Shown in pieces: positions 12,001 to 19,820 of a stretch of DNA of 59,173 nucleotides. Every line of letters starts with the position of its first letter. Positions within the stretch are counted from its first letter, which is position 1. The stretch is from positions 1-59,173 of the forward strand of contig JAISSQ010000115.1 of assembly GCA_031273045.1 (NCBI GenBank), in the 5' to 3' direction. A model generated the notes under the pieces. It searched no databases. It had not been told where the DNA came from and worked only from the letters and a program-made list of their open reading frames with translations. The stretch comes from Puniceicoccales bacterium. GTDB taxonomy: Bacteria > Verrucomicrobiota > Verrucomicrobiia > Opitutales > UBA953. A program made the position numbers and the translations under genes.

Positions 12001-15000
12001 ACGCCTTGGGTGAAAGTGTTTGCGGCGGAAAGGGTTACGGTGGGGAGGTTCTTGGCGGCGATGGCGGTGGCGTCCGAGGTGCCGACGAGCAGTTTGTCAA
12101 AGTCGAGCGGGAGGGCGAAGGTCACCGTGGTGGTGGCGTTCGCGCCGGTGGTGGTGACGGCGAGCAGGTCGGAGATGTTCAGCGGAGTGCCGGCGAGGGC
12201 GGCGGCGTCGCGGTTGGAGCGCAACCAAGTAAGGAGTTGAGTGGCGGAGAGAGTGGTGGTGCCGTCCTCCTCGCGCAGGTCGTAGTTGGCGAGGGTTGCG
12301 GCGGTGGTGCCGGCGAGTTCGGTGCCGGAGGCGGCGGAGGTGTCGAAGGTGTAGGTGCCGGCGAAAATGGTCGCGCTGCCGACGTTCGCGGTGGAAGCAA
12401 GCGTGATGGTCTGCGCGGAGGATGGCGCGAGGGAGCCGTCGCCGAAGTGCACGACATCTCCCTGCTGGAAGGTCAGCGCAGGCGTGTTCACGCCGTGCGG
12501 CACCCAGTTGTCCGTGCCGAAGAAGTCCGTTCCGACGCTGCCGAGGGCGGTCCAGTCGAGGACGAGGTTTCGCGAGACCTCGGCGAGGACGATGTTTTTG
12601 CCGGTGCTGGGCGTGCTGCCGCCCGTGATGAAATTCGCGGTGGTGTTGTCCGCGCCGTCATCGGTCAGCAGCAGGTAGAAGCGCGCGCGCGGGTTGGCGG
12701 CGGCGTCATAAGGCGTGGCGGAGTCGTTGAAATAGACGGACAGCAGGTCGTCATCGAGGAAGAGACGCTGCGTGGTGGCGTCGTAGGTGGCGTAGGAAGT
12801 GGTCGCGAGGGCGACGGGCGAGCCGCCGAGGTCAGCCAAAATGGTCTCCGAGCCGCGGACGATGACGCGGTAAACGCCGTTGTAGTCGGAGCCGTCGGCG
12901 GCGGTGCCGCCGGTTGCGGGCGCCCAGACGGGGTTGGCGCCGGTGTCGAAGTAGTAGTTGGCGTTGACGTGCGCGCCGTCGCCAATGGTCAACTTGGTGC
13001 CGGTGGTGAGCGCGACGAGGTCGTGCGTGGTGCCGGCGATAGGCGCGTAACTGCCCGCGCTGTTCGCGGTGGTGTCAACGCCGACATAGAGGTTCGCGCG
13101 GGCGGCACCGTCGCGGGCGAAGGTGACGCCGCCGGAGGCGGCATCGAAGGTCAGTGTGCCGACCGCCGTGCGGCCGAGAACCGGCTCGACGAGCGTGGAA
13201 GCGGAGTAGAGCGCGGTGTCGCCGGGGCGGATGTCCGCGCCGGTGAGGGTGATTGCGCCGGCGCCGGTGGCGGCGACGGTTCCGTTGCCGGCGAGCGTGC
13301 CGCCGGTGAGCGCGATGTCGGCGCCGCCGGTGGCGGTGAGTTTCGCGCTTTCAAGGACGACGAGGCCGGTGCGTGTGCCGGTGGTGGCGAGGGTCGAGGC
13401 GGCGGCGTTGCCCTCGACCTCGATGGTGGCGGCGGTGAAGTCCGCGGCGAAAACGGTCGCGCCGGCGGTGGCGGCGATGGTCAGCGCGCCGCTGATGGAG
13501 GCGTTGCCGGCGGCGGTGTTCTTGGAGATGTCGGACGCGGTGGTGTCGAAGCGCAACACGCCGCTGCCGGTGTGCGAGAGCGTGACGGCGCCGGAGTTGA
13601 ACGCGCTGCCGGTGAGCGTGACGCCGCCGGTGATTTGCTGGTGGTCGGCGGTGTCGAAGACGAGCGCGGCACCGGCGCCGGAGAAGGTGATTTTGCCGTC
13701 CGAGCCGCCGTAGGTGTAGCCGCCGACGTTGGTCGTGGCGCCGCCGGCGGAGGACGCGGCGAAGAAGGTCGCCGCGCCGGTCGCCACGCCGAGCGAGCCG
13801 TGCGTGTCGTCGTGGACGGAAAGGTTGAAGTCGGCGGCAATTTCGTTCTCGTTGCCGAGGTAGAGCGTGCCGCCGGCAATCTCGACGCCACCGGTGGCGC
13901 CCGAAGCCGCGTAGAAATTCCTGCCGGTGAGGACGAGCGCGCCGGACTGATCGGCGGCGAGCGCGCCGTTGCCGACGGCTCCGGCGGTGTTGTCGGCGTT
14001 CAGGACGAAATGACCGCTGCCGGTGAGCCACGCGGCGAGCAGGGCGGTGACGCCGCTCTCGACGCGGATGTTGCCGCCCGCGCCGGCAAGGTTCACGGCG
14101 GCGGAGGTAATCTTGCCGCCTTCAACATCGCCGATGACGTAGGCGTCGGTCGCGACGCCGCTCTTGTTGACGATTTCGAGGACGCCGGCGGTGGTGGTGG
14201 TCGCGGGGACGGCGGGCGAGTAGTTGTCGCCGGTGACGGCTCCGACGCCGCTCGCGCTGCCGAGGTTCAGGACGAGCGTGACGGGGTCGGTCGCGGACGC
14301 GCCGGCAACGCTCGTGAGCGTGCCGAGTTGCAGGGTCGCGCCGGAGGTGACGTTTATCACGGCGTCGGCGTTCTTGTTGCCGGAAACCGCGCTGCCGAGC
14401 GTGACGCTCTGCGCGGCGGCGGCGGCGACGGTGACGACGGTCTTCGCGCCGTCGGCGGTCAGCACCGCCGGCGCGCCGGCGTCGCCGGTGAGCGCGAGGT
14501 TGCCGGCGAACACGGTCTTGCCGGCGTAGGAGAGGAACTCGTCGAGCGCGACGCTCTTGTTGAACGTCAGCGTGCTGTCACCGGTGAGCGCGCTGCGCAA
14601 AATGCGCGAGCGAACGGCGGTGGAGGCGTTGTCTTGGTCGCCGGCGTAGTCGCCGACGAAGCCCTTGATGGTGACGTCCGTGGTGGTGTTGACGTAGAGC
14701 GTCGCGGCGTCGGTCGCGGCGTCGCCCTTGAAGTAGATGCCGCCCCACTGGGTCGTGGTGACAGTGGTGGCGTCGGCGGTCTGCGGATTGCCGATGTTCA
14801 GCACAGCGGCACCGGTGGAGGCAGCGGCGTCGAGGACGAGGCGGTCAAAGGCGAGGGAACCGGTTCCGCTGACAACGGAGCCGTTGCCGGTGGAGATGTT
14901 GGCAACGCTGGCGACGTTGACGATGTTCTCGATGATGGTGGTGGCGCGGTTCAGACCAGGGCCGCCGTAGCCCGGGTCGGTGGCATTGTTGCCGTTGTTG

Positions 15001-18000
15001 TCGCTCACAGGGTAGCCGAGGTTGCGCAGGGTCGCGCCGTCGGCGGTGCCGTCAACAATGCCGTAGTCAATGCCGCCGTTGCCGACGACGACCTGCTGGT
15101 AGAGCGTTCCGCCGTCGGTGACGCGCAGGCGCGCGGCAGTGTCGCCGACGTAAGTGGAGCCGAGGAGATAGAGGTAAGTGCTGGCAATGCCGCCGATTTG
15201 CGCGGCGTTGGCGACTTGCAGCGTGCCGGCGTCAACGCGCCATGAGTAAAAGGTGCTGGCGGAGTTGTTGTTCCCAGTGTTGGTGAGAATCAACGTGCCG
15301 CCGCCTTGGAGGCGGGGCGCGGCGGATGTACCATAGGTGCCGAGGGTGGACGACGCGCTGGTGGCGTTGAGGATTTGCGCGGAGATGGTGACCGTCTTGC
15401 TGGGCGCGACCTCAATAATCGGCGCCTGCGGCCAATCACCGGAGAGGTAGATGGTGTTGTAGGCGGCGTTCGAGCCGCCGAGGGTGCCGCTGCCGGTGAA
15501 CGCGAGCGTGGCAGAGTTGCCGAAGAGGATGGAGACGAAGGTATCCGCGCTAATCGCTTCGGGGTCGGTGATGGTGACCCGCGTGTATTGCATTGTAGCG
15601 TCACCGAGAATGATGACGCTGGGGTTCGCCTCGCTGTCGGCGGCGGCGTTGAGTCCGTTGGCGATGTGGACGTGACCCGCGAACGTGATGTCTATGCGGG
15701 AGGGGGCGTTAGTCGGCAGTTTGCCGATGATGTAGCGCTGGAAGTCGAGGGCGTTGTTGAAAACGGCGCGTGTGCCGTATTCTTTGACGCCGGGACCGTT
15801 GATGCCGATGGCACTGCCGATTATCGAGGCCTCGCCGTAAGCGCGGAAAACGCCGTCGTTCGTGAAGGTGTTGCCGCCGAGAGTGAATTCAATGGCGTCC
15901 GAAGCCGCCGTGGCGCGACCGGTAATGGTGCCGCCGCTGAAGACGAAGCCGTCGGCGGTGGCGGTGGCGTTGTTCGAGCCGGTCAGGAGGAAGCCGGAAA
16001 CGGTGACGCCGGATGTGTCAACGTTGACGGTGCTGACGATGCCGTTGTCGGTGCCCGGATTGCGCTCGAAGACGGCGTAGTCACCGTGGACGAAGAAGGT
16101 TTCGGGACCGTTTTTCTTTTGGGTGGAGAGGTTCCAGTGAACGGGGAGAGAGGAGGTGTCTGTGGTGATGTCATCGAGCGCAATGCCGACCCACTCGCCG
16201 CCACCGGTGGCGTTGGCAGTGTCGCCCTGCCAGAACACGGGGAGGTTCTTGTAGTATTCCTGCAAGTAGAGGGAGTTTGGGTCGGTGGCGCCGGCGAGGG
16301 CGTTGCCGTTGTAGTAGGGCGAGCCGGCGGCGGGGGAGTCGTCGCCGACAATCACGCGCAACGCCTTGCGGGTGTTCGGGTCGGGCGTGCCGGCGAACAG
16401 GTCGGCGGTGAAACCGACCGCGACGCGCGTGCCGTTCGGGGAGAGGTAGTAGGCAAGACCGCTACCGGACGAGCCGGGCGTGAAGACGCTGCCCGAACCA
16501 GCGGGGACGTCGCCGGTGAGACCGTCGCTGCCGGTGGCAGTCAGGAACTGATAGACGCCGGCCTGCCATGGGTTGTTGACGAGGACTTTGTTGGCGGCGT
16601 CGTGGTCGAGGACTACGCCGCCGGCGCTGGTCACCGTGAAGAGGTCGCTCTCGCCGAGTGAGCCGAACGCGCCGGGGTCGTCGGTGCCGATGAGGAAGGT
16701 GGTGTTGCGGAGCCGGTTGTCGGGCGAGGCGGGGCTGCCGGTGGCGTTCGCGGCGGCGGAGTCGAACGCACCAATCGCGGCCGCATTGAGGACGGTGCCG
16801 GTGTTCACGGCCTCGCCGGCGACAAGGAGGTTCGCCTCGGTGTAGCCGTCGTTGCCGGGCACGATGCCGGTGCCGACGGTTCCGACGCTCGTGAACTGCC
16901 ACGCGCCGCCGCCAAGGCGTCCGTCAAAGGTGTCGAACACGACAACGCCGGTGGCACTCGCCGCGCCAAAGGGATTGAACAGCGTGGCGGGCGCGCCGTT
17001 GGGAGACCCGATTTCCGCGATGGTGCCGAAGTCGAAGACCTTCGTCAGGCGGGCGGCGGGCGTGGTCGCCGAAGCAAACCCGACAAGACCGGAGACGTAG
17101 AGGGTGTCGGTGAATGTGACCGTTCCGCTCGATGCGATGTTCTTCAACACCGCCATCGGCGAGGCGCCGTCGATGTTGCCGGTGGTGCCGTAGAGCGAGA
17201 CGGCTCCCACGCCAAGGTTGGCGCGCGACACAATGCCAAGGGTCACGTCAGCGGTGGCGTCGGTCGTGGGGTCGGGCAGCGTCGCCGAGGAACTCACCCC
17301 AAGGTCGTTGCCATAGACGGAGACGACGGTCTTCCACGCGCCGGCGGCGGTGCCGGTGAGGTGTTGCTCTCCGCCGGTGACGAAGAGGGTCTGGTCGCTG
17401 GCGCCGCCGATGCCGGTGAAGTTGATGACGCCCGCGAAAACGGCGGGGGCGGTGGTGGTGGCGCCGTGCGCGTTCGTCAGCGTCAGGTCGTAGTCGTAGA
17501 GGTCAACCGTGCCGGAGACGCCGGGGGCGGAGCGCAGACCGCCGACGGCGGCGTCGCTGTTCAGGACGAGATTGGAGTTCGAGTGCGCGAAGTAGATTTG
17601 CGAGGAGATTTGCGCGCCGCCTTCGAGGATGAGTTTCGCGCCGCCGCCGGAGCGGCCGACGTTGATGCTGGCGTCGTGCGTGTGCGGCGCGCTGGCGTTG
17701 TAGCCGAGCGTGAAGGTGCCGTCGGCAATCGTCAGGTCGTGGGTGCCGACAAGTTGCCCGTGGAACGAGCCGTTGGCGTTCGCCGTGAGCGTCAGAGCAC
17801 CGGCGGTGAGGTCAATGATACCGCGACCGACGGTGCCGCCGGACGTGAGCGCCTCAATCGTCTGAATGGAGTGGTCGCCCTTGATGATGAGGGCGGCGGC
17901 ATCGGCGGCGGTCGACTCGAAGATGACCTTGGCGGACTGGGCGTCGCCGGCGGCACCGGTGGTGGCGGAATCAATGACGAACTGCCCCTCTTGGGAGATG

Positions 18001-19820
18001 TAGATGTTTTTAACCTCCGCGGCGTTGGTTTGCAGGGTGAACACGGCACCGAGATCCGGGCCGGCACCGGTGACGGCGAAGTCGCCCGTGTAGCCGGAGA
18101 GGTCGGCACCGGAGACAATGGTGAGCGTCATGTCGTCGTCGCCGTCGAGCGTCAGGCGCGAGCCGGTGGAGTTGGCGGTGAGTGTGCCGGAGATGGTGGA
18201 AGCGGTGCCGGTGCTGGGGGACTGGACCAAAAGATTGACAGAATTACCCCAGATGACCTCGCCGATCTCGCCGACCGTCAGTCGCAGAATATTTTGGTTG
18301 GCGGTGATTTGAAGTTTGGCGTCGTTGCTCGTGTCGGTGCCGACGGTGATGTCGCCAGCGAGCGCTCCGGTGGTGCTTGCGAGCAAGGCACCGTTCTCGA
18401 CCGTAATCTTGCCGGAGAACCAGGTGTAGTTGCCGGAGTTTGTGAGTTCCACCTGCGCGCCGCTCGTGGGACGGTTGACGATGAACTCGCCGTCGCCGAA
18501 GGATGTGGAGGAAAGGAGACCCTTGATTTCCTGCGCGGAACCGATGTTGCCGGCGAGAATCAGTTGGGCACCCGCCGAATCGAAAGCGAAGTTGACCGCA
18601 TGCGCGGTGCCGATGGAACCGGTCAACGTGAGCGCGATGTCCTTGAGGGTGACGTCCAGTTCGCGGTCGGTGTTGATGGAACCGTTTATGGTGAGCGCGG
18701 ACTGTGTGCCGCCGGTGATGCCCAGCGTGGCGGTGTGCAGCGAGATGGACGTCGCGGACAGCACCGCGCCCGTGAAGCCCTTCTGGACGTAGATGTTGAC
18801 CGGCGAAGTCGCGGCGATGTCGAGCGTGTCAAGCGTGCCGTTGACGGTGCCGTAGTGGAGCACACCGTCGTTGCCCGCCCACCACTCGCCGGTGCTGTTG
18901 TCAATCCAGCCCGGCGGCGTTGTCGGCCAATCACTGGCGTTGTTGCTGGTGCCGAACCAGAACTCGTTAACCGTGCCGGGCACGGTCACCGCCGCCGCCG
19001 CCGCCCTGCGCGTTCCGGTGATGAGGTCGAAGAAACTCGCCGCCGCCCGCGCGGGTCTCGCCGCTGGGAGCGCGGGTCTCTGACCCGCAATGGGAACGCG
19101 GGTATCCGACCCGCCGAATGCCGCGCCCGACGCCACCGACGACGCCACCGACGCGCCCGCCGCCGACGCGCCCGCCGGCGACGCCGACGACGCCGCCGGT
19201 GCCGGCGAAAAGTCCATTCCGACCAGCGAGCCGAGCCGGTCGAGCGAGCCGGCGTCAATCCCGCCGAACCCCGTGTCGCCGGCGCCGCTTCCGTTGTCGT
19301 GACCGCCCTCGCCGAGCAGCCCGCCCAGCCCCGACGCCAGCAGAGCGGTCCCCGCCAGTGCCGCCGCCTTTTTCAGCAGCGACCGCAGCGGCCTGAACCG
19401 CACCACATTCGCCCGCGCCCCCACCGCGCCACCGGTGCCACCGGCGGCGGCGTCGCCACCGCCACCAACGCCACCGGCAGCACCGGCAGCACCGGCACCG
19501 GCACCGCCGCGCGTGCCGCGCGCCGAACGCGCCTTCGCGAACGCCGCGCGCGTGAAGTCAACCGTGTTGCCCTGCTTCGTTCCATTGAGCGTTTCACGCG
19601 CCGACACCTCGTGCGTGGACGCGGAGACCGCCGAGTGCGACGCCGCCGTTCGCGGCGCGTCCTGCGCGCCCGCCGGCGTCGGCGTCGGGGGCGGCGTCGC
19701 GCCCGTCATCGCGGGCGGCGGCGTCGGGGGCGTCGGCGTTGCCGGCGGCTTCGGCGCGACCGTGGGCGCGGTCGCATCGGGGTCGTTGGTGACGGTGGTG
19801 TCGGTGGTGTCGTGGTTCAT
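1..19820 (-). CDS. Giant secreted surface/adhesin-like repeat protein (partial; >6,600 codons in window, C-terminus beyond left edge)
   Basis: The minus frame with codon first bases at coordinate = 2 mod 3 is stop-free from the TAA at 20160-20162 down to position 1. The track omits it only because its stop lies outside the window, and no other ORF in that frame is listed. Hand translation gives autotransporter-associated beta-strand repeat strings (LVLTGRNFYAASGATGGVEIAGGTLYLGNE, LILTGTIFNSAHNTTGG..ITVASGTLQIGDN, GLVKTGDRNGILVLTGTAA) and GGAIYA Pmp repeats. The start is ambiguous: ATG 20132, ATG 19820, or GTG 19406 just ahead of a signal-peptide-like RFRPLRSLLKKAAALAGTALLASGLGGLL. Confidence 0.85.
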   Translation of the reverse strand, partial: MNHDTTDTTVTNDPDATAPTVAPKPPATPTPPTPPPAMTGATPPPTPTPAGAQDAPRTAASHSAVSASTHEVSARETLNGTKQGNTVDFTRAAFAKARSARGTRGGAGAGAAGAAGGVGGGGDAAAGGTGGAVGARANVVRFRPLRSLLKKAAALAGTALLASGLGGLLGEGGHDNGSGAGDTGFGGIDAGSLDRLGSLVGMDFSPAPAASSASPAGASAAGASVASSVASGAAFGGSDTRVPIAGQRPALPAARPARAAASFFDLITGTRRAAAAAVTVPGTVNEFWFGTSNNASDWPTTPPGWIDNSTGEWWAGNDGVLHYGTVNGTLDTLDIAATSPVNIYVQKGFTGAVLSATSISLHTATLGITGGTQSALTINGSINTDRELDVTLKDIALTLTGSIGTAHAVNFAFDSAGAQLILAGNIGSAQEIKGLLSSTSFGDGEFIVNRPTSGAQVELTNSGNYTWFSGKITVENGALLASTTGALAGDITVGTDTSNDAKLQITANQNILRLTVGEIGEVIWGNSVNLLVQSPSTGTASTISGTLTANSTGSRLTLDGDDDMTLTIVSGADLSGYTGDFAVTGAGPDLGAVFTLQTNAAEVKNIYISQEGQFVIDSATTGAAGDAQSAKVIFESTAADAAALIIKGDHSIQTIEALTSGGTVGRGIIDLTAGALTLTANANGSFHGQLVGTHDLTIADGTFTLGYNASAPHTHDASINVGRSGGGAKLILEGGAQISSQIYFAHSNSNLVLNSDAAVGGLRSAPGVSGTVDLYDYDLTLTNAHGATTTAPAVFAGVINFTGIGGASDQTLFVTGGEQHLTGTAAGAWKTVVSVYGNDLGVSSSATLPDPTTDATADVTLGIVSRANLGVGAVSLYGTTGNIDGASPMAVLKNIASSGTVTFTDTLYVSGLVGFASATTPAARLTKVFDFGTIAEIGSPNGAPATLFNPFGAASATGVVVFDTFDGRLGGGAWQFTSVGTVGTGIVPGNDGYTEANLLVAGEAVNTGTVLNAAAIGAFDSAAANATGSPASPDNRLRNTTFLIGTDDPGAFGSLGESDLFTVTSAGGVVLDHDAANKVLVNNPWQAGVYQFLTATGSDGLTGDVPAGSGSVFTPGSSGSGLAYYLSPNGTRVAVGFTADLFAGTPDPNTRKALRVIVGDDSPAAGSPYYNGNALAGATDPNSLYLQEYYKNLPVFWQGDTANATGGGEWVGIALDDITTDTSSLPVHWNLSTQKKNGPETFFVHGDYAVFERNPGTDNGIVSTVNVDTSGVTVSGFLLTGSNNATATADGFVFSGGTITGRATAASDAIEFTLGGNTFTNDGVFRAYGEASIIGSAIGINGPGVKEYGTRAVFNNALDFQRYIIGKLPTNAPSRIDITFAGHVHIANGLNAAADSEANPSVIILGDATMQYTRVTITDPEAISADTFVSILFGNSATLAFTGSGTLGGSNAAYNTIYLSGDWPQAPIIEVAPSKTVTISAQILNATSASSTLGTYGTSAAPRLQGGGTLILTNTGNNNSASTFYSWRVDAGTLQVANAAQIGGIASTYLYLLGSTYVGDTAARLRVTDGGTLYQQVVVGNGGIDYGIVDGTADGATLRNLGYPVSDNNGNNATDPGYGGPGLNRATTIIENIVNVASVANISTGNGSVVSGTGSLAFDRLVLDAAASTGAAVLNIGNPQTADATTVTTTQWGGIYFKGDAATDAATLYVNTTTDVTIKGFVGDYAGDQDNASTAVRSRILRSALTGDSTLTFNKSVALDEFLSYAGKTVFAGNLALTGDAGAPAVLTADGAKTVVTVAAAAAQSVTLGSAVSGNKNADAVINVTSGATLQLGTLTSVAGASATDPVTLVLNLGSASGVGAVTGDNYSPAVPATTTTAGVLEIVNKSGVATDAYVIGDVEGGKITSAAVNLAGAGGNIRVESGVTALLAAWLTGSGHFVLNADNTAGAVGNGALAADQSGALVLTGRNFYAASGATGGVEIAGGTLYLGNENEIAADFNLSVHDDTHGSLGVATGAATFFAASSAGGATTNVGGYTYGGSDGKITFSGAGAALVFDTADHQQITGGVTLTGSAFNSGAVTLSHTGSGVLRFDTTASDISKNTAAGNASISGALTIAATAGATVFAADFTAATIEVEGNAAASTLATTGTRTGLVVLESAKLTATGGADIALTGGTLAGNGTVAATGAGAITLTGADIRPGDTALYSASTLVEPVLGRTAVGTLTFDAASGGVTFARDGAARANLYVGVDTTANSAGSYAPIAGTTHDLVALTTGTKLTIGDGAHVNANYYFDTGANPVWAPATGGTAADGSDYNGVYRVIVRGSETILADLGGSPVALATTSYATYDATTQRLFLDDDLLSVYFNDSATPYDAAANPRARFYLLLTDDGADNTTANFITGGSTPSTGKNIVLAEVSRNLVLDWTALGSVGTDFFGTDNWVPHGVNTPALTFQQGDVVHFGDGSLAPSSAQTITLASTANVGSATIFAGTYTFDTSAASGTELAGTTAATLANYDLREEDGTTTLSATQLLTWLRSNRDAAALAGTPLNISDLLAVTTTGANATTTVTFALPLDFDKLLVGTSDATAIAAKNLPTVTLSAANTFTQGVRLNGANLILGFDTTATGTSSILGGTWVANTNGEFASDKINHFSNNWTPYYRADAGKLTVGAQGLVWISGDDGDAAKQTAVSTISLGADVTAVTLQNRFVVTGDGVIFDVGTDQTLTFKGVVASGTDSTRYEVAYNNVGGAIHLDTLTGVVGSNSAADSANKQLQPVLTFTGGGTVVFESNSGTSGGAINLAGLRAVVYENYTTLPPAYPYTSAFSSQTLDMSGLENVFFLNNYHNGGRWGAGGAVYAQTYGAISLTFAKETTEFEANELEGGVKNTNTPGHFFGGAIYARSTGDAVTLTFGETTRFIGNIVSAWGNNTAAGIGGAIYAKAANDVTLSFGGNVLFKDNSVSTDGTSSALGGAIYAESTNGDVLIATSAPAPVNDVLPVFSATGNYINYGTYSFLVDPRGGAIYAASTSGDVSLFSTDWQVTLTGNSIYCTVDTRYGSASTIGGGAVYANATGGDVTLGFGPGSSISGNQITFWSYAGGAYGGAIYAKAKDKVSLTFETADGADISIASNTVTAVYGTSPVPAAGGALFLDSENGGSVELTATGAGNLTFSDNRVGYVTGAVLDGATSGGAISVGTWPSGSTDGPEITLDFSGITGATTFSGNRVSSSNNFGRGGAIFAFAGTSKISLAFAANTTFSKNFATGVNGYGGAIALNSTYTTGTGNTVVFGEETTFSQNVATTGGSAIYLGYWDGKYALSFEGNTAFTGNVITKSTSSGDDTGGTILANLDNQSGTIITLDATGATSGANNGDIVFAGNLVNNTGTARNRGGIVARGNITLVLTGDNNIFFGNADYGKSGVSTTIDGVTYTGLTVDDSIFLGSDRNDNYSSLLTKTGVGLVQFVGDNFVSGTAAVTGGTFRILNAYGSLGTGQGVSLATDAFRVSENYAPTSVAFTGSASDRVTFAGTGNLYAFQENSPYYSVGSDQPGSITFSYADIAPDSTFLASGATNVSASDYGRLTLKTNVGTTAGGTVTLSHTRLYVDVLGGDYGAGDRVTLVNGTLYLDAANFVSANFNTPSSGTTWPSQTPNYHLIVATDAAAGIQGGIEGNSTTLAAYVTTNAASLPAGTGYDPADQRFYLPSNWLDSVTIDGNPAISVNPRLRAYLLLTDETITGSGSSAANLLTRAIENDNTGYAAALAGVPGNAENLFKWVPTGGSASVGLNIVLADVAANLVIDWTNTAASATTGNWNTTGSNSVWAWHGTDAASAVKLAFQNGDVVHFGDHDDHAAESGVTLAPTGAQTITLNAGTALSANGAATGVAGLGGATGAGALASDTLTAFSVTVGALHVFSGDYTFNSSNGNTQSGAILAALTPTLANKELRANRLLTGILTVGDTTSNSTPATALATFNVPVGFTGYKFLEGSTTLFTRRIALLTPRELGAPTVTDPDANSGITIERGARVILGATAATAGTGGTNNSWALGATAAVTVELGTNTPVVTTAGPAVLQFNEGGIIGNSDTPSNTLNLGYAQILAASALTGTPGTTSNHFGVNAAVFNDALGSAAGIATNAAATGWSVLVLGSNVTGASTGTGTSQTVTRAAFSGNLFFYNDVSANALNIYSGGVTFGNAFTTPAAYLRTNAAGDVLVSAGNLLRVSGAGTGSAYAAGAGNAVTSAAPVVTFTTGSALSLGAGTTPAASAGASPAVTIVLNGGAYARFEAGPSQITSTQYFNAYLGISETGGTDTAAGTFGTADAAAARSTIYFGAAGDLGLYGGNVLNVGTLRLLADASAVTTTAAQTGVVIKDAINANSTAAWVANSSLVLGDRANTPADALVTRGTFVFADDVTLHDVSVERGAAVFSAGTELTLDALSLAGAATNNADNSLTGITFNGSAVFYAGTTAATSTTVTGLTGASPVVALTLGSASIYSGTAANDAAADARVEFHYGETATTGRVDYAFITGNGVTSTTLLEASGATILVAGDNSSSVPARSDYAAVVYNSDIEGTGKLTVGGAATGKSSAYYPTRPTYWTGTLILSAENFSASTTGQQAAGATGIDVATGVLQIGTGTTGTGSLGAKTTGTTAGTTLTTYTYAPDIELSGTETYLVFNQKNELNSTAVLVQALAGDILTGNDLNYGNIVKHNANILSLTGENVSVYKLLLDGGVTELLAETTLTLRQAGTISVTKGATLLIGEEVALTGNNLGSTADANIYLGQQWNGATAASPQFEQTSADGTSAGTLEIRRTQSTVLDYLLGATRGTDGVIGSTGSVFSATSINLYANGTGATVRVEGAGADSATDPNKASFDGTVTGTAPLTVGGLLTDSETGLPTDTYATGKLILTGTIFNSAHNTTGGGAPAWATTTPGITVASGTLQIGDNTVTGNTGRLGGSSAFPIYNRGIAIGAYSDGTDTYQSYLVFDQDSTAVTRQTLLGNINYDSGTASATGVLVKLGANTLRLTGAQIGLHDIVVENGLASFALETAPQTVTLTDGSNITIVGGGVAQLGSYTSLDAAGTGNALNIWLGQDATAAYGNPPLASANTGTATTGTLEILQIATDTDYVVGGAATRDGTFNSARITLDGAGGTIRVQQVLSAYLDAWFYGDAPLTVGGYLTPGANVASSVLANGTLVLTGRNFTDAVQSTGTAGITVATGTLRIGDESLTANQLNAAYGASLGAFSDTGTTPAGATANVATYAPDIAVADSAALIFDQRDAAAGDRFAYEQILSGNITGDGDITKYGDNVLTLSGASIAFDTLTLREGLTRLTDTAGTVKIGGDTLAGGGSYALDAANAAISLWRGARVEIANPSGITANNFVTLYLGDETAVANTSTARAALAFTGSGILGNGSYGDNLLSVGNALITVASGKSVEIVDPLTSSTRTTPTAGDLVIGEGYAAAANTVRSSTAAANGILTLSNADNSLVTVALAAGTLNLTGDLELTGTGNAFTAAASYATGAATTLPTVLAGTGEITLTVANAKAVIAGAIAPGDARTVANFGAGSGETLFGITGALNTAPYTLAGATDAVGTLTLNGDVTFDATQAYADIVANTVSDLGAANNDKVVVGNTAGGVAGVATITEGAHFFLNIHGYIGSTGADLAAASAHLLLDTDADILAVRGAAPAAKLADSSLASPDGYFTTTVGEFTFLRESIYDVVTAAALLNSNGVRPATAYLLVTDDDTLATLKSGTRNIVAAVVEPNLLLTWVDSRSKNSAYDELGVWNGTGKEWFASYPLTRHAVPFRNGDVVQFVEPGATFDTGNKLGVADINTPRQNSAAVQVNADYTVGAMSVVGGKYIFSPVGGVGSLTAALAPTLANSALVAAGYVTGLLTVGGYDTGSSASTAPVTAANATFNLPVDFAGYRVLEGATATFNAGVSVGDLADYGLVNGVNTTEAVNTNRGIAVEHGAEVIFGNSWKIGASSAVTIAIGANATLSAAGAPAGTGATTAAATLTFNTVGVANTVGDLGAVGYSTYPLNDIVVGNALFRAASTIAPTGTAGASTGNGAITFFDAVNSTAGVAAAKAAGFAPTAFNAAASALVIGDSTHTGDFIFKNDVTLGSLTLDGAKSATLAPNGTVVPLPTLTVNALTINTGALFLAGGTTYTAADSAGGSGVATIAIGSASAAAGTFRSTTETGDAAGSGVNSIAITLDSGAFEVVKSGAAITAGLGSAAGIAFTEEGGALRAETGVTLTLQGVVSDYDTDLGLLTIGGATFTNHDLAAVAAGFNGTVILTAENTFQGDLLISKDSTGGTGAGATLQIGSTGGKGSIGGATATYNGDITIQSGATLIFNQLASRLPGTVTTQTLAGDINALDTNADTNGVAEAITLTGAIVKHLDAGLVFTGSVAALSFTADGGATSFNATTLDATTSRNYAANFNAVTVSTLASAANPTVVNFAGTAAGGAWLNLLASGATQPTVSVTDAIINFGSATGGASTTTVAHNANATVTLTGATLNFFGEHGFDGLFLYDETDKASDTGSTIAINGATFAVYNTSATSSRTATSDAATTLTTLPSAMTTSGATGNGYVVVAQPISDASGATAGLVKTGDRNGILVLTGTA
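10020..11600 (-). repeat. Pmp-type (GGAIYA) repeat block inside the giant gene
   Basis: About 12 spaced copies of GG(A/S)(I/V)(Y/F/H/S/N)A occur in the minus frame. Examples on the + strand are gcgtaaatcgcgccacc near 10515 and 11016, and cataaatcgcgcc near 10760 and 10908. Each is followed by short beta-strand-like T/S/F/N segments. Local GC is visibly lower than in the flanking gene body. Confidence 0.75.
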